Assembly: GCA_049325335.1 (NCBI GenBank)
Contig: JBMOMC010000001.1
Coordinates: 32,001 to 96,000, forward strand
Source of the DNA: Nitrospirota bacterium
Lineage (GTDB): Bacteria > Nitrospirota > Nitrospiria > 2-01-FULL-66-17
DNA length: 64,000 bases
Direction of reading: 5' to 3'
The position numbers were made by a program, and so were the translations under genes. Below the pieces are notes generated by a model, which ran no database searches, was not told the origin of the DNA, and saw nothing but the letters and a program-made list of their open reading frames with translations. Position 1 is the first letter of the stretch. Every line of letters begins with the position of its first letter. Below are positions 19,893-29,494 of the stretch, piece by piece.

Positions 19893-20153
19893 TTACGCGG
19901 AGACGGGGTAGACGCTCACGCGTTTGCGATCGGTGCCTTTTCCTTCAAAGGTGACCACGCCGGCGATCTTGGCGAACAACGTGTCGTCCCCGCCGCGACC
20001 CACGTTGAATCCGGGGTGGAACTTGGTTCCGCGCTGGCGAACCAAGATGGAGCCCGCCGTCACGACTTGGCCGCCGTACCGCTTGACGCCCAACCGTTGG
20101 GCGTTGCTGTCGCGCCCGTTTTGAGTCGATCCCTGCCCTTTTTTATGCGCCAT
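19893..20153 (-). CDS. rpmA: 50S ribosomal protein L27
   Basis: [20 protein letters not shown]. Confidence 0.99.
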   Translation of the reverse strand: MAHKKGQGSTQNGRDSNAQRLGVKRYGGQVVTAGSILVRQRGTKFHPGFNVGRGGDDTLFAKIAGVVTFEGKGTDRKRVSVYPVSA

Positions 20154-20171
20154 ACGTCCTCGTGTCGCCCG

Positions 20172-20486
20172 TTATGCCGCGGCGATCTGCGTAATTTTAA
20201 TGGTCGTCAGTTCCTGGCGATGGCCCCTAGTCTTGCGGTGATTCTTGCGCCGTTTCTTTTTAAAAGCGATCACCTTGCGCCCGCGAGTCTGCGCCACCAC
20301 CTCCGCGGCCACACGCGCGCGCTCCACCACCGGCGCCCCGAGCACCAGCCCCTGGCCGCCCTCGACGGCCAATACACGATCAAATTCCACCGTGGCGCCA
20401 ACCGGTTGATCCAACCGCTCGATCTGAACCAGCTCACCCGGCGCCACCCGGTATTGCTTGCCGCCCGTTTCAATCACCGCGTACAT
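20172..20486 (-). CDS. rplU: 50S ribosomal protein L21
   Basis: MYAVIETGGKQY...GHRQ; start trimmed. Confidence 0.98.
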   Translation of the reverse strand: MYAVIETGGKQYRVAPGELVQIERLDQPVGATVEFDRVLAVEGGQGLVLGAPVVERARVAAEVVAQTRGRKVIAFKKKRRKNHRKTRGHRQELTTIKITQIAAA

Positions 20487-20524
20487 AAGGCCTCCCCAGC
20501 GCAATCCAGTGAAATAAGCTGAAT

Positions 20525-20554
20525 TTTTTAGCACGGGGCATGGCTTAAAGTCAA
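20525..20554 (-). promoter_or_regulatory. Putative promoter of the rplU-rpmA-obgE operon
   Basis: TTGACT-18-TAAAAA with an extended -10 TG. Confidence 0.45.
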
Positions 20555-20793
20555 GCAGCCGCTGATCGGCAGCCGCGAATCGGAGATGGCGACGTCATTC
20601 GCGACACCGCGCCACCTAAGCGCCTCGGATGTCGAACGGAGGACGCTGGCGTCGATCTTGGCATCCTCCGCCGAGCCATCGAACGACGCGAGACCACGGC
20701 ACGGATTCAACAAACGGCCAGCGTGGAAGCGATTGCCGATTGTTGTCGGGTGTTGTCGGAACGACTTAAGGTACGAGAACCCGTGTGAACCGA

Positions 20794-22266
20794 TCAGCCC
20801 GACACCGTGGCCACTGTTTCGGTTCCGGGAAGAGCGACAGGGGAACCGGGCGCTGGGTGGCCGACCTCGCGCGCGATCCGGTCGGCAAGCTGGAGTCCGT
20901 GGGTCAGACAGTCTCGGACCGAAACGCCGCGCAGGTAGTTGCCCGCCAGGTAGAGTCCGGGGAGCGGGGTCAGGAGACGGTCGATGGCGGCCACGCGCGC
21001 GGCGTGACCGATGAGATACTGCGGGATCGCACGCGGGTGACGGACGACGCGGGCGAATTCCGGCCGCCCCGCGAGCCCCACGAGGCCGCGTAGCGCCTCG
21101 ACCGTCCGCCCCACCAGTTCCTCGTCGGTCCACTTCAGCACGTCGTGATCACGCATGCCGCCGAGATAGTTGGTGAGCAACACTCGGCCTTGTGGCGCGC
21201 GATCCGGATACACGTTCGAGCTCCACAGCGATCCCAGGATCGGCAGTTCCTCGCGTTTCGGCACCAAACAACCGGAGCCTTCCGGCAACCGGGGGCAGGC
21301 GTCGCGACGTACGCCCAGGTGCACCAAGCCGACCGGCGCATACGGGATTTGTTCGAGCTGATCCGCCAATAACGGGGAGAGGTCGGTCGTGAGTTTGGCC
21401 GCGACGTCCGCGGGCGTGGCGATCACAAGACGATCCGCGACCAGTTCGCGCGGCTGGCCGCCGACATCCACCCGCGCGAGAAATCGCGCAATGCCGTCGC
21501 GGACCTCTCGGCGCACGCCCAGCACCCTCGCGCCGGTGACCACCCGCTCGCCCAGAGCGGCGCGTAACGCCTCCGGCAAGCGCCCCACCCCGCCGCGGAA
21601 CGAAAAGACCTGGAGCGGACGCCGCGCGCGGCCTTGTTTCATTCTCGTGCGCAGCATGCCCCACACCACGCTCCCGTATTCGCGCTCCAGGGCTACGAGT
21701 TGGGGAAAGCTACTGGACATGGACAAATCATCGGGGTTCCCGCCGAAGATTCCGGCCACGAACGGTTCCACGCCGTAGTCCACCATCTCCGCGCCGAATC
21801 GGCGCCGAACAAACGCGGCCACGCTTTCATCCGACCGCGACTTGGACGAGGGGATCAGGGGTTCGGCCAGCGCGCGCAGTTTGGCCCACGGTCCCCACAA
21901 GGGCGAGCGCGGAACGTCACCCAACCGCGAGGGCACTGGAACCAGCGCGCGGTGTTTGACCAGATACCGGCGGCGGGTGAATGCCTGCTGGAACAGCCGT
22001 TCGTTTTCGAGGCCCAGCTCACGGCACAACCGGTCAACGGCCGGGCTCAGATTGAGCAGGCTGTTGGGGCCGTTTTCAACCAGATACCCGTCCGGCGTGC
22101 GTTCGCTGTGCACGCAGCCGCCCACGCGGGCGGCCTGCTCGAGCACGGTGACGCGCCAGCCAGATTGCGCCAAGCCATACGCGGTTGCCAGGCCGGACAC
22201 GCCAGCGCCGATGACCACTACTTGGTGTTCAGGTTGCACGGTCCAGATCCTCGTTCTGAGGACCAC
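20794..22266 (-). CDS. hemY: Protoporphyrinogen/coproporphyrinogen oxidase (HemY type)
   Basis: GAGVSGL FAD motif, E.GPNS, AIPQY..GH, GNY..GVSV.DC. Confidence 0.92.
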   Translation of the reverse strand: MVLRTRIWTVQPEHQVVVIGAGVSGLATAYGLAQSGWRVTVLEQAARVGGCVHSERTPDGYLVENGPNSLLNLSPAVDRLCRELGLENERLFQQAFTRRRYLVKHRALVPVPSRLGDVPRSPLWGPWAKLRALAEPLIPSSKSRSDESVAAFVRRRFGAEMVDYGVEPFVAGIFGGNPDDLSMSSSFPQLVALEREYGSVVWGMLRTRMKQGRARRPLQVFSFRGGVGRLPEALRAALGERVVTGARVLGVRREVRDGIARFLARVDVGGQPRELVADRLVIATPADVAAKLTTDLSPLLADQLEQIPYAPVGLVHLGVRRDACPRLPEGSGCLVPKREELPILGSLWSSNVYPDRAPQGRVLLTNYLGGMRDHDVLKWTDEELVGRTVEALRGLVGLAGRPEFARVVRHPRAIPQYLIGHAARVAAIDRLLTPLPGLYLAGNYLRGVSVRDCLTHGLQLADRIAREVGHPAPGSPVALPGTETVATVSG

Positions 22267-22337
22267 GCCCCTCGGGTCGTCGCAACACCGAGGAAATCGT
22301 GTACGTCATCGCCGTTACCGGATGATAACGCACGAGG

Positions 22338-22366
22338 ATTAGAAATGAATCCGAAAGGAAAGTCAA
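22338..22366 (-). promoter_or_regulatory. Putative hemY promoter
   Basis: TTGACT-17-TCTAAT. Confidence 0.55.
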
Positions 22367-22392
22367 GCGACGCCGGAACGAGACCGCTCCGG

Positions 22393-23643
22393 CTATTTGT
22401 TCATCGATTCCAGGAATTCACGATTGGTCTTGGTTCCGCGGATCTTGTCGAGCAAGAACTCCATGCTCTCCACCGTGCTGAGTGGGCTGAGCACCTTGCG
22501 GAGGATCCACATCTTATTCAGATCGTCCCGCTCGACCAACAACTCTTCTTTACGGGTGCCGGATAAATTGATGTCGATCGCCGGGAAAATACGCTTGTCC
22601 GCCAGTTTACGGTCCAAGTGTAACTCCATATTGCCGGTGCCCTTGAACTCCTCGAAAATCACGTCGTCCATCCGGCTTCCAGTGTCGATCAAGGCCGTGG
22701 CCATAATGGTCAGGCTTCCGCCGTTCTCGATGTTGCGCGCCGCGCCGAAGAATCGTTTGGGCCGCTGCAACGCGTTGGCGTCCAACCCCCCGGACAGCAC
22801 CTTGCCGCTCGGCGGCGCGATTGTATTGTAGGCACGCGCCAGACGCGTGATGCTGTCGAGCAGGATCACCACGTCACGACGGTGCTCGACCAGCCGCTTG
22901 GCCTTCTCCAGGACCATCTCCGCCACCTGCGCGTGCCGTTGCGGGGGCTCATCGAACGTGGAACTCACGACCTCGGCCTTGACTTGTCGCTGCCAATCGG
23001 TGACTTCTTCCGGCCGTTCGTCGATCAGGAGCACGATCAGCGTGATTTCCGGGTGATTTTTCATGACCGCTTTTGCGATGTTTTGCAGTAACACGGTCTT
23101 CCCGGTACGGGGAGACGCCACGATCAATCCGCGCTGGCCTTTCCCGATCGGCGCCACCAACTCCATCACCCGGGTGGAAATGTCGTCGCCGCCCGGGGCT
23201 TCGAGTCGAACCTTCTCCATCGGATATAGCGGCGTGAGGTTGTCGAACAAAATTTTATCGCGCGCCACTTCCGGATCTTCAAAGTTGATCTTCTCCACTT
23301 TGAGCATCGCGAAGTACCGTTCGCCTTCTTTGGGCGGACGGACTTGGCCCGACACCACGTCGCCGGTGCGCAGGTTAAACCTGCGGATCTGTGACGGCGA
23401 GATATAGATGTCGTCCGGGCCCGGCAGATAGTTGTAATCCGGGGAGCGCAGGAAGCCGAACCCGTCCTGGAGCGTCTCGAGGACCCCTTCGCCGTAAATG
23501 GTCCCGTTCTTCTCCGCCTGCGCCTGAAGGATGGCGAAGATCAACTCCTGCTTGCGCAGATTGCTCGCGCCTTCGATCTTGAGATCCTTGGCGACTTCGT
23601 TGAGGTCGGCGATCGTCTTCTCTTTGAGTTCGCTTAGATTCAT
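22393..23643 (-). CDS. rho: Transcription termination factor Rho
   Basis: [44 protein letters not shown] before the ATG at 23643. Confidence 0.99.
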   Translation of the reverse strand: MNLSELKEKTIADLNEVAKDLKIEGASNLRKQELIFAILQAQAEKNGTIYGEGVLETLQDGFGFLRSPDYNYLPGPDDIYISPSQIRRFNLRTGDVVSGQVRPPKEGERYFAMLKVEKINFEDPEVARDKILFDNLTPLYPMEKVRLEAPGGDDISTRVMELVAPIGKGQRGLIVASPRTGKTVLLQNIAKAVMKNHPEITLIVLLIDERPEEVTDWQRQVKAEVVSSTFDEPPQRHAQVAEMVLEKAKRLVEHRRDVVILLDSITRLARAYNTIAPPSGKVLSGGLDANALQRPKRFFGAARNIENGGSLTIMATALIDTGSRMDDVIFEEFKGTGNMELHLDRKLADKRIFPAIDINLSGTRKEELLVERDDLNKMWILRKVLSPLSTVESMEFLLDKIRGTKTNREFLESMNK

Positions 23644-23877
23644 GGGGTCTCCTGCGGGCCCAAGGTCATGCCGCGCCGCATCATGTCGCACGCGACCCGC
23701 GTCGCGTCCACGTCATCATGCCTCCGGCGTCGGAAATGACGTTGCTTCGTGTAGTGGTTAATTCGTCCTACTGCAAAATCCGTTGGTCTTCAACGCGTCT
23801 TTGGGGATTGATTCGGATGTCCGTGCCACCGCGACAGTAAATTGGGGTTAACGCCTGGAAGAAACAGAACCGTTGTG

Positions 23878-23906
23878 AGTATACGAAGCCTCATGACAGT
23901 TGTCAA
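23878..23906 (-). promoter_or_regulatory. Near-consensus sigma70 promoter of rho (about 230-nt leader)
   Basis: TTGACA-17-TATACT. Confidence 0.8.
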
Positions 23907-23933
23907 ATTGCCTCCGACCCGGCCGGCGGCGGC

Positions 23934-24116
23934 TTACACGATATCGCGCGCCTTCACCGTCTTGCGGCCGTCGGCGCGCGCGCGTTCGATCGCGTCGAGA
24001 CACATTTTTTCAACGCGCTGACTCAACGCGTCGAGCGTCTCCGCCGATGTATTAAAGTCCGCTTTTTCACGGACCAACCGTTTAATTTTCGACGACACCA
24101 CCAACATCTCCGCCAT
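23934..24116 (-). CDS. Bacterial histone-fold protein (Bd0055/HBb-like, 60 aa)
   Basis: MAEMLVVSSKIKRLVREKADFNTSAETLDALS...ARADGRKTVKARDIV: histone L2/alpha3 signature RKTVxxRDI; strong GGAGGAGG RBS. Confidence 0.9.
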   Translation of the reverse strand: MAEMLVVSSKIKRLVREKADFNTSAETLDALSQRVEKMCLDAIERARADGRKTVKARDIV

Positions 24117-24150
24117 ACGCGCCTCCTCCCGGGTTTCGTGACTCGTTGCG

Positions 24151-24747
24151 TTACACAAACAGTGAAATATCGCTGCTCGACGCGAATTCCAAAAACGTGG
24201 CCGCGCCGACCGGCTCCTGCAAGCCGTCGATCAAGTCCTCGCGCTTGATGTTCATCATGTCCATCGTCATCTGACAGGGCCACAATTTCACGCCAGACTC
24301 CTTGGCGACGTCCATGAGTTCCGGCAGCGAGGCAATGTGTTTTTGTTTGATGGTCTGCTTCATCATCAATGTGGCGAGTCCCGTCATGCCGGGCAACGCG
24401 CCCACCAAGTTGGGTATCGGCATCGGCATCGCCGGGTTGGCCACCGGCACGAACTTGAGGTTCTCAACCCCGCCCTTTTTGACGATCTGCAACCCGAAAA
24501 ACGTAAAAAACACGCCGACCTCCATATCGAGCGCGGCCGCGGTGGTCGCCAAGATCAACGGAGGGTAGGCCGCGTCCAGCGTGCCCTTGGACGACACAAT
24601 GGCGATCCGCTTCGGTCGGGTCTTGCGCGCTTCGGCGTCGAGCGCCGCCTTCACCTGCGCGCGCACCAGTTCCTCGAGTCGGTGCTCGGCCAACTCCCTG
24701 ACCTTTGCGGCCACCACTTGGTCGAGTTCTTGCGACGTCAATCCCAT
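24151..24747 (-). CDS. DsrE2/DsrE-like sulfur-relay (peroxiredoxin-like) protein
   Basis: SKGTLD.AYPPLILA.TAAA, FFTFFG, CQMTMD, VGAATFL. Confidence 0.85.
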   Translation of the reverse strand: MGLTSQELDQVVAAKVRELAEHRLEELVRAQVKAALDAEARKTRPKRIAIVSSKGTLDAAYPPLILATTAAALDMEVGVFFTFFGLQIVKKGGVENLKFVPVANPAMPMPIPNLVGALPGMTGLATLMMKQTIKQKHIASLPELMDVAKESGVKLWPCQMTMDMMNIKREDLIDGLQEPVGAATFLEFASSSDISLFV

Positions 24748-24796
24748 GTTCACTCCTCGGCAACCGCCGGACGACGAGCCGAACGGTTGCGCCGGC

Positions 24797-25042
24797 CTAC
24801 TTGGTCTTGCGGATAAAAAACGTGTACACGCCGGGTTCCTCGCGCGTCTCCAGGATTTCGTGTCCCGTGCTCTTGGACCACGCCGCCATATCGGGCTTAG
24901 AGCCCGGATCAGTCGCGATCATTTGGAGCACTTGCCCGAGGGACATCTGTTCAAGCGCCTTCTTGGTTTTGATCACCGGCAGAGGGCAGTTCAGCCCCTT
25001 ACAATCGAGCACTTGCGAAACCGTGTATGCCGCCCCCATCAT
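24797..25042 (-). CDS. tusA: TusA/SirA-family sulfur carrier
   Basis: LDCKGLNCPLPVIKTKK, ATDPGS..D. Confidence 0.93.
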   Translation of the reverse strand: MMGAAYTVSQVLDCKGLNCPLPVIKTKKALEQMSLGQVLQMIATDPGSKPDMAAWSKSTGHEILETREEPGVYTFFIRKTK

Positions 25043-25093
25043 TCGACCTCGGTATGTGTCACGTTCAGTGGACCAATCGATCTCGCGATATCG

Positions 25094-25360
25094 TTACCAC
25101 ACGGTCACGGTCGCGGCATTGACCACCATGCCGGCGATCTCGTCGTACCCGACTTGCCGGTGCGGGGTGGTGATCCCGCGGGCCTGCGCGTCTTCGTCGT
25201 TGACCCAGACCGTCGTCCCGGCGGGCGGCTCCGCGAACACGCCGTCCTGCACCAACACCACGTCCACGGGTGATTCGCGGCCCTGCGCCGCGATCACGGC
25301 CCAAGCCACGTCATCGGCGCGGCGGCGCACGATGTGGAGCGCGCGACCGCCCGTCACCAC
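25094..25360 (-). CDS. DsrH/TusB-like protein
   Basis: LVQDGV, D..ARG, Y.EI..MV...VTVW. Confidence 0.75.
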   Translation of the reverse strand: MVTGGRALHIVRRRADDVAWAVIAAQGRESPVDVVLVQDGVFAEPPAGTTVWVNDEDAQARGITTPHRQVGYDEIAGMVVNAATVTVW

Positions 25361-25698
25361 GGAATCACCACATCGGACGCGGCCAGAAGTGCGGTGAGGT
25401 CCGCGCGCTCGATCGGCTGCACGCGGGCGCGCACCCCCCCCCGATACCGGACGGGCAATGCGTCGCGCTCCACCACTTCACGAATATGACACGCATCGAA
25501 CAACTCCAGGGAATCGGTCAAGCCCGGACGCTGAATGCGGTCGCTCTGTAACGCCAACGCCGCGCACGCGCCGTCGCCCGTGTACGCCACGGTCACGCGA
25601 TGATTGGACAATGTCATGCCCAACGCCATACGCAGCGCTTCATGCACCCGTCCCGTGGTCAGCGGGTTGCTCCGAACAGCGACCACGACGTGTTTCAC
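25354..25698 (-). CDS. DsrF/TusC-like protein
   Basis: EALRMALG, GDG motif, C-terminal DVVIPW; lies between the dsrE-like and dsrH-like genes. Confidence 0.7.
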   Translation of the reverse strand: MKHVVVAVRSNPLTTGRVHEALRMALGMTLSNHRVTVAYTGDGACAALALQSDRIQRPGLTDSLELFDACHIREVVERDALPVRYRGGVRARVQPIERADLTALLAASDVVIPW

Positions 25699-25704
25699 CG
25701 GTGA

Positions 25705-26043
25705 TTACGACCCAAACGCGAGAAATCGATCAGCTCGGTCAACAATCCGGGACAACTCGTACTGGCTGGCAATTTCAGTCCCAGGGTACAGGTCGGCCTC
25801 GGAGAGCCCCCGGGCTTCAGCGGTCACTCCGCACACCGACACCTTGGCCCCCATACTCATCACGGTCGGAAACGCCGTGTACGCCCGCTTGGGCGACGAA
25901 AACGCTTGCGCATGATACACGCCATCACCCATCAAGAACAATTCGACCTCGTGTCCCTCTTTTAACCAGGCCTCGGAGAGCTTCGCCACGAGATAGCCGT
26001 CCTCATAATCGTCGCTACTCGTCAACAACAGGCCGATTTTCAT
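25705..26043 (-). CDS. DsrE/TusD-like sulfurtransferase
   Basis: GHEVELFLMGDGVY, active-site C in VCGVTAEARG, ADRFLAF. Confidence 0.85.
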   Translation of the reverse strand: MKIGLLLTSSDDYEDGYLVAKLSEAWLKEGHEVELFLMGDGVYHAQAFSSPKRAYTAFPTVMSMGAKVSVCGVTAEARGLSEADLYPGTEIASQYELSRIVDRADRFLAFGS

Positions 26044-26048
26044 GGCAA

Positions 26049-26078
26049 ATTGTATGATGGCCCGAAAACGTTTGTCAA
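26049..26078 (-). promoter_or_regulatory. Sigma70 promoter implying a leaderless dsrE-operon mRNA
   Basis: TTGACA-18-TACAAT ending 5 nt before the ATG; no Shine-Dalgarno. Confidence 0.65.
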
Positions 26079-26161
26079 CAGAATCCCGCAGAGAAATAAT
26101 TCGCGTCTATGATACAATGCGCTGGCGCACGACGCGCGCGACGACCGGAGGGACCCGTCTT

Positions 26162-26893
26162 ATGGCAGCGCAACCGACGTTTCAAGAACAACTCCTACGC
26201 GTGATGGACCGGAAGGACCACTGGGCGTGGAAAGCGTTTTCCAGCGGAGCCGTCACCGTTGACCAACTCAAAATTCACTTTCAGCAAGAATACGTGGTCT
26301 ACGTGCGCGACTTCCCCGTGTTCCTGGCGCGCGTCCACGGGAAAAATCCTCCGATGCCGGTTCGCCGCGCATTGGCGGAAAATCTTTACGAAGAGGAAAC
26401 CGGCGGGCTCACGCGCGGCCGGGCCCACCCGGAAATGTTTTTATATCTGATGGAAGGCCTGAAATTTGCCGCGCGGGACTTCGAGGAGATCCACCTGCTG
26501 CCCGAAAGCGCGGGATACCGACGATGGCTCGACCAAGTCACCGCCGCCGCGTCCTGGATCGAGGGCGCGGCGGTGACCACGATCTTCGTGGAGGGGAGCG
26601 TGCATGAACGCGCGGTCTTCGACGACTCGGTTCGGGAGGAGCCCAACATCGAGCGGAAAATCGCGGAACACCCGTTGGTCAAATACCACGGAGTCCCGCC
26701 CCGTCACTTGGAACTGGCCCGCGCGCACGGCGCCATCGAAGGGCTGCACCGGCGCGACGCGTGGAAGATCGTGTTGGACCACGCCACCACCCCTGAAACG
26801 CAGCAACGCGTGCTCCACGCCATGGAGCGGTCGCTGGAGCTGTGGTTGGCGTATCGGGATGGGGTCGCCAAGGCCTGCGGCATCACCCGATAA
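26162..26893 (+). CDS. Heme-oxygenase-like diiron enzyme (CADD/PqqC/TenA superfamily)
   Basis: ENLYEEE..G....H, VEG, H...E..H diiron ligand pattern; GGAGG RBS; start trimmed to MAAQPTF. Confidence 0.8.
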   Translation: MAAQPTFQEQLLRVMDRKDHWAWKAFSSGAVTVDQLKIHFQQEYVVYVRDFPVFLARVHGKNPPMPVRRALAENLYEEETGGLTRGRAHPEMFLYLMEGLKFAARDFEEIHLLPESAGYRRWLDQVTAAASWIEGAAVTTIFVEGSVHERAVFDDSVREEPNIERKIAEHPLVKYHGVPPRHLELARAHGAIEGLHRRDAWKIVLDHATTPETQQRVLHAMERSLELWLAYRDGVAKACGITR

Positions 26894-26897
26894 CGTG

Positions 26898-27079
26898 GGA
26901 GCCTGTCCATGAGTGGCCATCTGCAGCGTTGTCACTTCGGCTTCGCCACCTGTCGAGGAAGCAACGATTGCATTCCGCGCCTCTGGCGCGGTGCAGGTTC
27001 CGCCTTGCGACCTACCGCCAGAAATTCAAAAGTCGGAAGTCCCCGAAGGGGGCAGCTGACGCGCTCCTGAACAGGCTCC
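26898..27079 (+). mobile_element. MITE-like element, copy A (TIR GGAGCCTGT...ACAGGCTCC)
   Basis: Terminal inverted repeats; internal CCATCTG..CGTTG and CGCCTTGC motifs shared with copies B and C. Confidence 0.75.
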
Positions 27080-27116
27080 GGTTCCCGGGAACCTCAATCC
27101 ACTCCGAAAATCTCTC

Positions 27117-28037
27117 GTGCCCACACCCACCACAATCGGGATAGCCTGCGCCGTGGTCACGTGCGTGACCTGGGGCGTGGCGGATTATCTGGCTGCGCGG
27201 ATTACGCGCCAGGTCGGCGAGGTCGTTGCGCTACTGCGCGTCCAACTGGTGGGCGCGCCGGTCCTGATCCTCTCGTGGGTGATCCTGCGCCCCCCGCTGC
27301 CCGGCGCCGCCGACCTCGTGTGGATCAGCGCGGCGGCCGCATGTTTTCTGGTCGGGTATGTAAGCTTTTTCTATGGGCTGCGGGTGGGCGTCATCTCCCT
27401 CGTGAGCCCGATCAGCAGCGCTGGCGCTTTGATCCCGGCGCTTGCGGGCATGATGCTGTTCGGCGAAGTGATCTCCGGCGTTCGTTTCGGCGCCGCGGCG
27501 CTGGCGTTGTTGGGCGTTGTGGTTCTCACCGCCGATCCCGCGGCCATCGGATCGCTGGCCGCGGAGGGCCGGCGAAACGGTGTTAAGGCCGGGATCGTGA
27601 CCCTGGTGGCGTGGGGGTCCGGAACCGCACTGCTCTTGCCCGCAATCCGGCATGTCGGCGCGTTCGCTCCCATCGCCGTCCTACGTCTGGAAATTCTGGC
27701 GCTGCTCGCCGGGTGGTGGCTCGCGCGCCGCGCGATCGTCCAACACACGCCCGCCGCGCCCGGTGTCCCGGCCCGCGATACGCCGTTCGCCGGCGGGTGG
27801 AACCTTGTGGTCCCCGCCGCGTTGCTCGACCTGACGGCTTTCTTTGCGTACGGGGTCGCGTTGCGAGACGCGCCGGCCGTGGTCGCGGCGCCCATTGCGT
27901 CCGCGTATCCGTTGGTGACCATTTTGATCGCGCGGCATCATCTCAGCGAGAGGTTGTCGGGCCGCGAGTGGCTCGGCGTCGGCCTCACCCTCGCCGGCGC
28001 CGCCTTGCTCGGCGCGGACTGTTGCGATGCGCCCTGA
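27117..28037 (+). CDS. EamA/DMT-family transporter
   Basis: About 10 hydrophobic segments in two repeats; WG.ADY, SPISS, L.ERL. Confidence 0.88.
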   Translation: MPTPTTIGIACAVVTCVTWGVADYLAARITRQVGEVVALLRVQLVGAPVLILSWVILRPPLPGAADLVWISAAAACFLVGYVSFFYGLRVGVISLVSPISSAGALIPALAGMMLFGEVISGVRFGAAALALLGVVVLTADPAAIGSLAAEGRRNGVKAGIVTLVAWGSGTALLLPAIRHVGAFAPIAVLRLEILALLAGWWLARRAIVQHTPAAPGVPARDTPFAGGWNLVVPAALLDLTAFFAYGVALRDAPAVVAAPIASAYPLVTILIARHHLSERLSGREWLGVGLTLAGAALLGADCCDAP

Positions 28038-28061
28038 CGGCCGGACTGCGACGACGATCGG

Positions 28062-28090
28062 TTGAAAAGGCGCCAAGCGCCTGCTAAGAT
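28062..28090 (+). promoter_or_regulatory. Putative glmM promoter (near-leaderless)
   Basis: TTGAAA-17-TAAGAT with a TG extension, 9 nt before the GTG start. Confidence 0.55.
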
Positions 28091-28099
28091 CAACCCATT

Positions 28100-29494
28100 G
28101 TGTCCAAGCTCGCCGTAGAACGCAGATTATTCGGCACCGATGGGGTCCGTGGCACCGCCAATATCGAGCCCGTCACCGCCGAAACCGCCATGAAATTGGG
28201 GCGGGCTGCGGCGTATCTCTTCAAAAAGCACCACACCGGCCACCACCGCTTCGTCATCGGCAAGGACACCCGTTTGTCCGGGTACATGATCGAGAGCGCG
28301 TTGACCGCGGGCGTGTGCTCCATGGGGGTGGACGTGCTCCTCGTGGGTCCGATGCCCACCCCGGCCATCGCGTTTTTGACCAAGAGCCTGCGCGCGGACG
28401 CGGGGGTGGTGATTTCCGCGTCACACAACCCGTTCGAGGACAACGGCATCAAGTTTTTTTCGCACGACGGTCTGAAACTGCCGGACGGCGTTGAACAGGA
28501 GATTGAGAACCTGGTGTTCTCCGGCGCGATCGAACACGAACGCCCGACCGCCCGGGAGATCGGCAAGGCGTTCCGCGTGGACGACGCGGACGGCCGGTAT
28601 ATCGAATTCGTGAAGAACACGTTGCCCAAGGGCGTGCAGTTCGACGGCCTCAAGGTCGTGGTAGACACGGCCAACGGCGCGGCGTACAAGGTCTCGCCGA
28701 CCGTGTTGCGGGAATTGGGCGCGGAGGTTATCACCATCGCGGACCGCCCGAACGGGACCAACATCAACCAGCATTGCGGCGCGCTGTACCCGGAAACGCT
28801 CCAGAAAGCGGTAGTCGCGCACCAGGCCAACATCGGCATCGCGCACGACGGCGACGCGGATCGCGTGGTGTTCTGCGACGAACAAGGCAAGATGGTCCAC
28901 GGGGACCAGATCCTCGCGTCGTGCGCGCTGGAGTTGGAACGCGCGGGTCGCTTGGCCGGGCACACCGTGGTCGCCACCGTGATGAGCAATCTAGGCTTGG
29001 AGCTGGCGTTGCGACCGGCCGGGATCTCGCTCGTTCGCACCGCGGTCGGCGATCGATACGTGTTGGAGCGTATGCTCAAAGACGGGTACGTCTTCGGCGG
29101 CGAGCAGTCCGGACACGTCATCTTTCTCGACTACAACACCACGGGCGACGGCCTGATCACCGCGCTTCAGGTCCTGGCCACGATGGAACGCACGGGCAAA
29201 TGTCTGTCTGAATTGGCCGCATGTATGACCGTGTGCCCGCAAGTGCTGGTCAACGTGCGGGTCGCGGAACGCCGTGATTTGAACGCGTTCCCCGGCTACA
29301 CGACGCTGCTGTCGGACTTTGAGCGCCGCATCGGTCCGCAAGGCCGCGTGTTGATCCGCTACTCGGGCACCGAACCGTTGCTGCGCGTGATGCTCGAAGG
29401 CGAGGACTTCCACACGATTTCGTCGGTGGCCGAGGAACTCGCGGACAGCCTCCGAACCCTCTTGGGCGCTCCTCCCGCAACCGGAGCCGCATGA
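28100..29494 (+). CDS. glmM: Phosphoglucosamine mutase
   Basis: [44 protein letters not shown]. Confidence 0.97.
   Translation: MSKLAVERRLFGTDGVRGTANIEPVTAETAMKLGRAAAYLFKKHHTGHHRFVIGKDTRLSGYMIESALTAGVCSMGVDVLLVGPMPTPAIAFLTKSLRADAGVVISASHNPFEDNGIKFFSHDGLKLPDGVEQEIENLVFSGAIEHERPTAREIGKAFRVDDADGRYIEFVKNTLPKGVQFDGLKVVVDTANGAAYKVSPTVLRELGAEVITIADRPNGTNINQHCGALYPETLQKAVVAHQANIGIAHDGDADRVVFCDEQGKMVHGDQILASCALELERAGRLAGHTVVATVMSNLGLELALRPAGISLVRTAVGDRYVLERMLKDGYVFGGEQSGHVIFLDYNTTGDGLITALQVLATMERTGKCLSELAACMTVCPQVLVNVRVAERRDLNAFPGYTTLLSDFERRIGPQGRVLIRYSGTEPLLRVMLEGEDFHTISSVAEELADSLRTLLGAPPATGAA

Noticed and set aside
20528..21133. ORFs in the rplU-hemY gap (20586..21014 + and 20528..21133 -)
   Set aside because: Low-complexity Arg/Pro/Gly translations overlapping hemY, with no motifs
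24151..26043. DsrEFH as evidence of dissimilatory sulfur oxidation
   Set aside because: No dsrAB, dsrC, sox or shdr genes in the window; these families also serve generic sulfur relay
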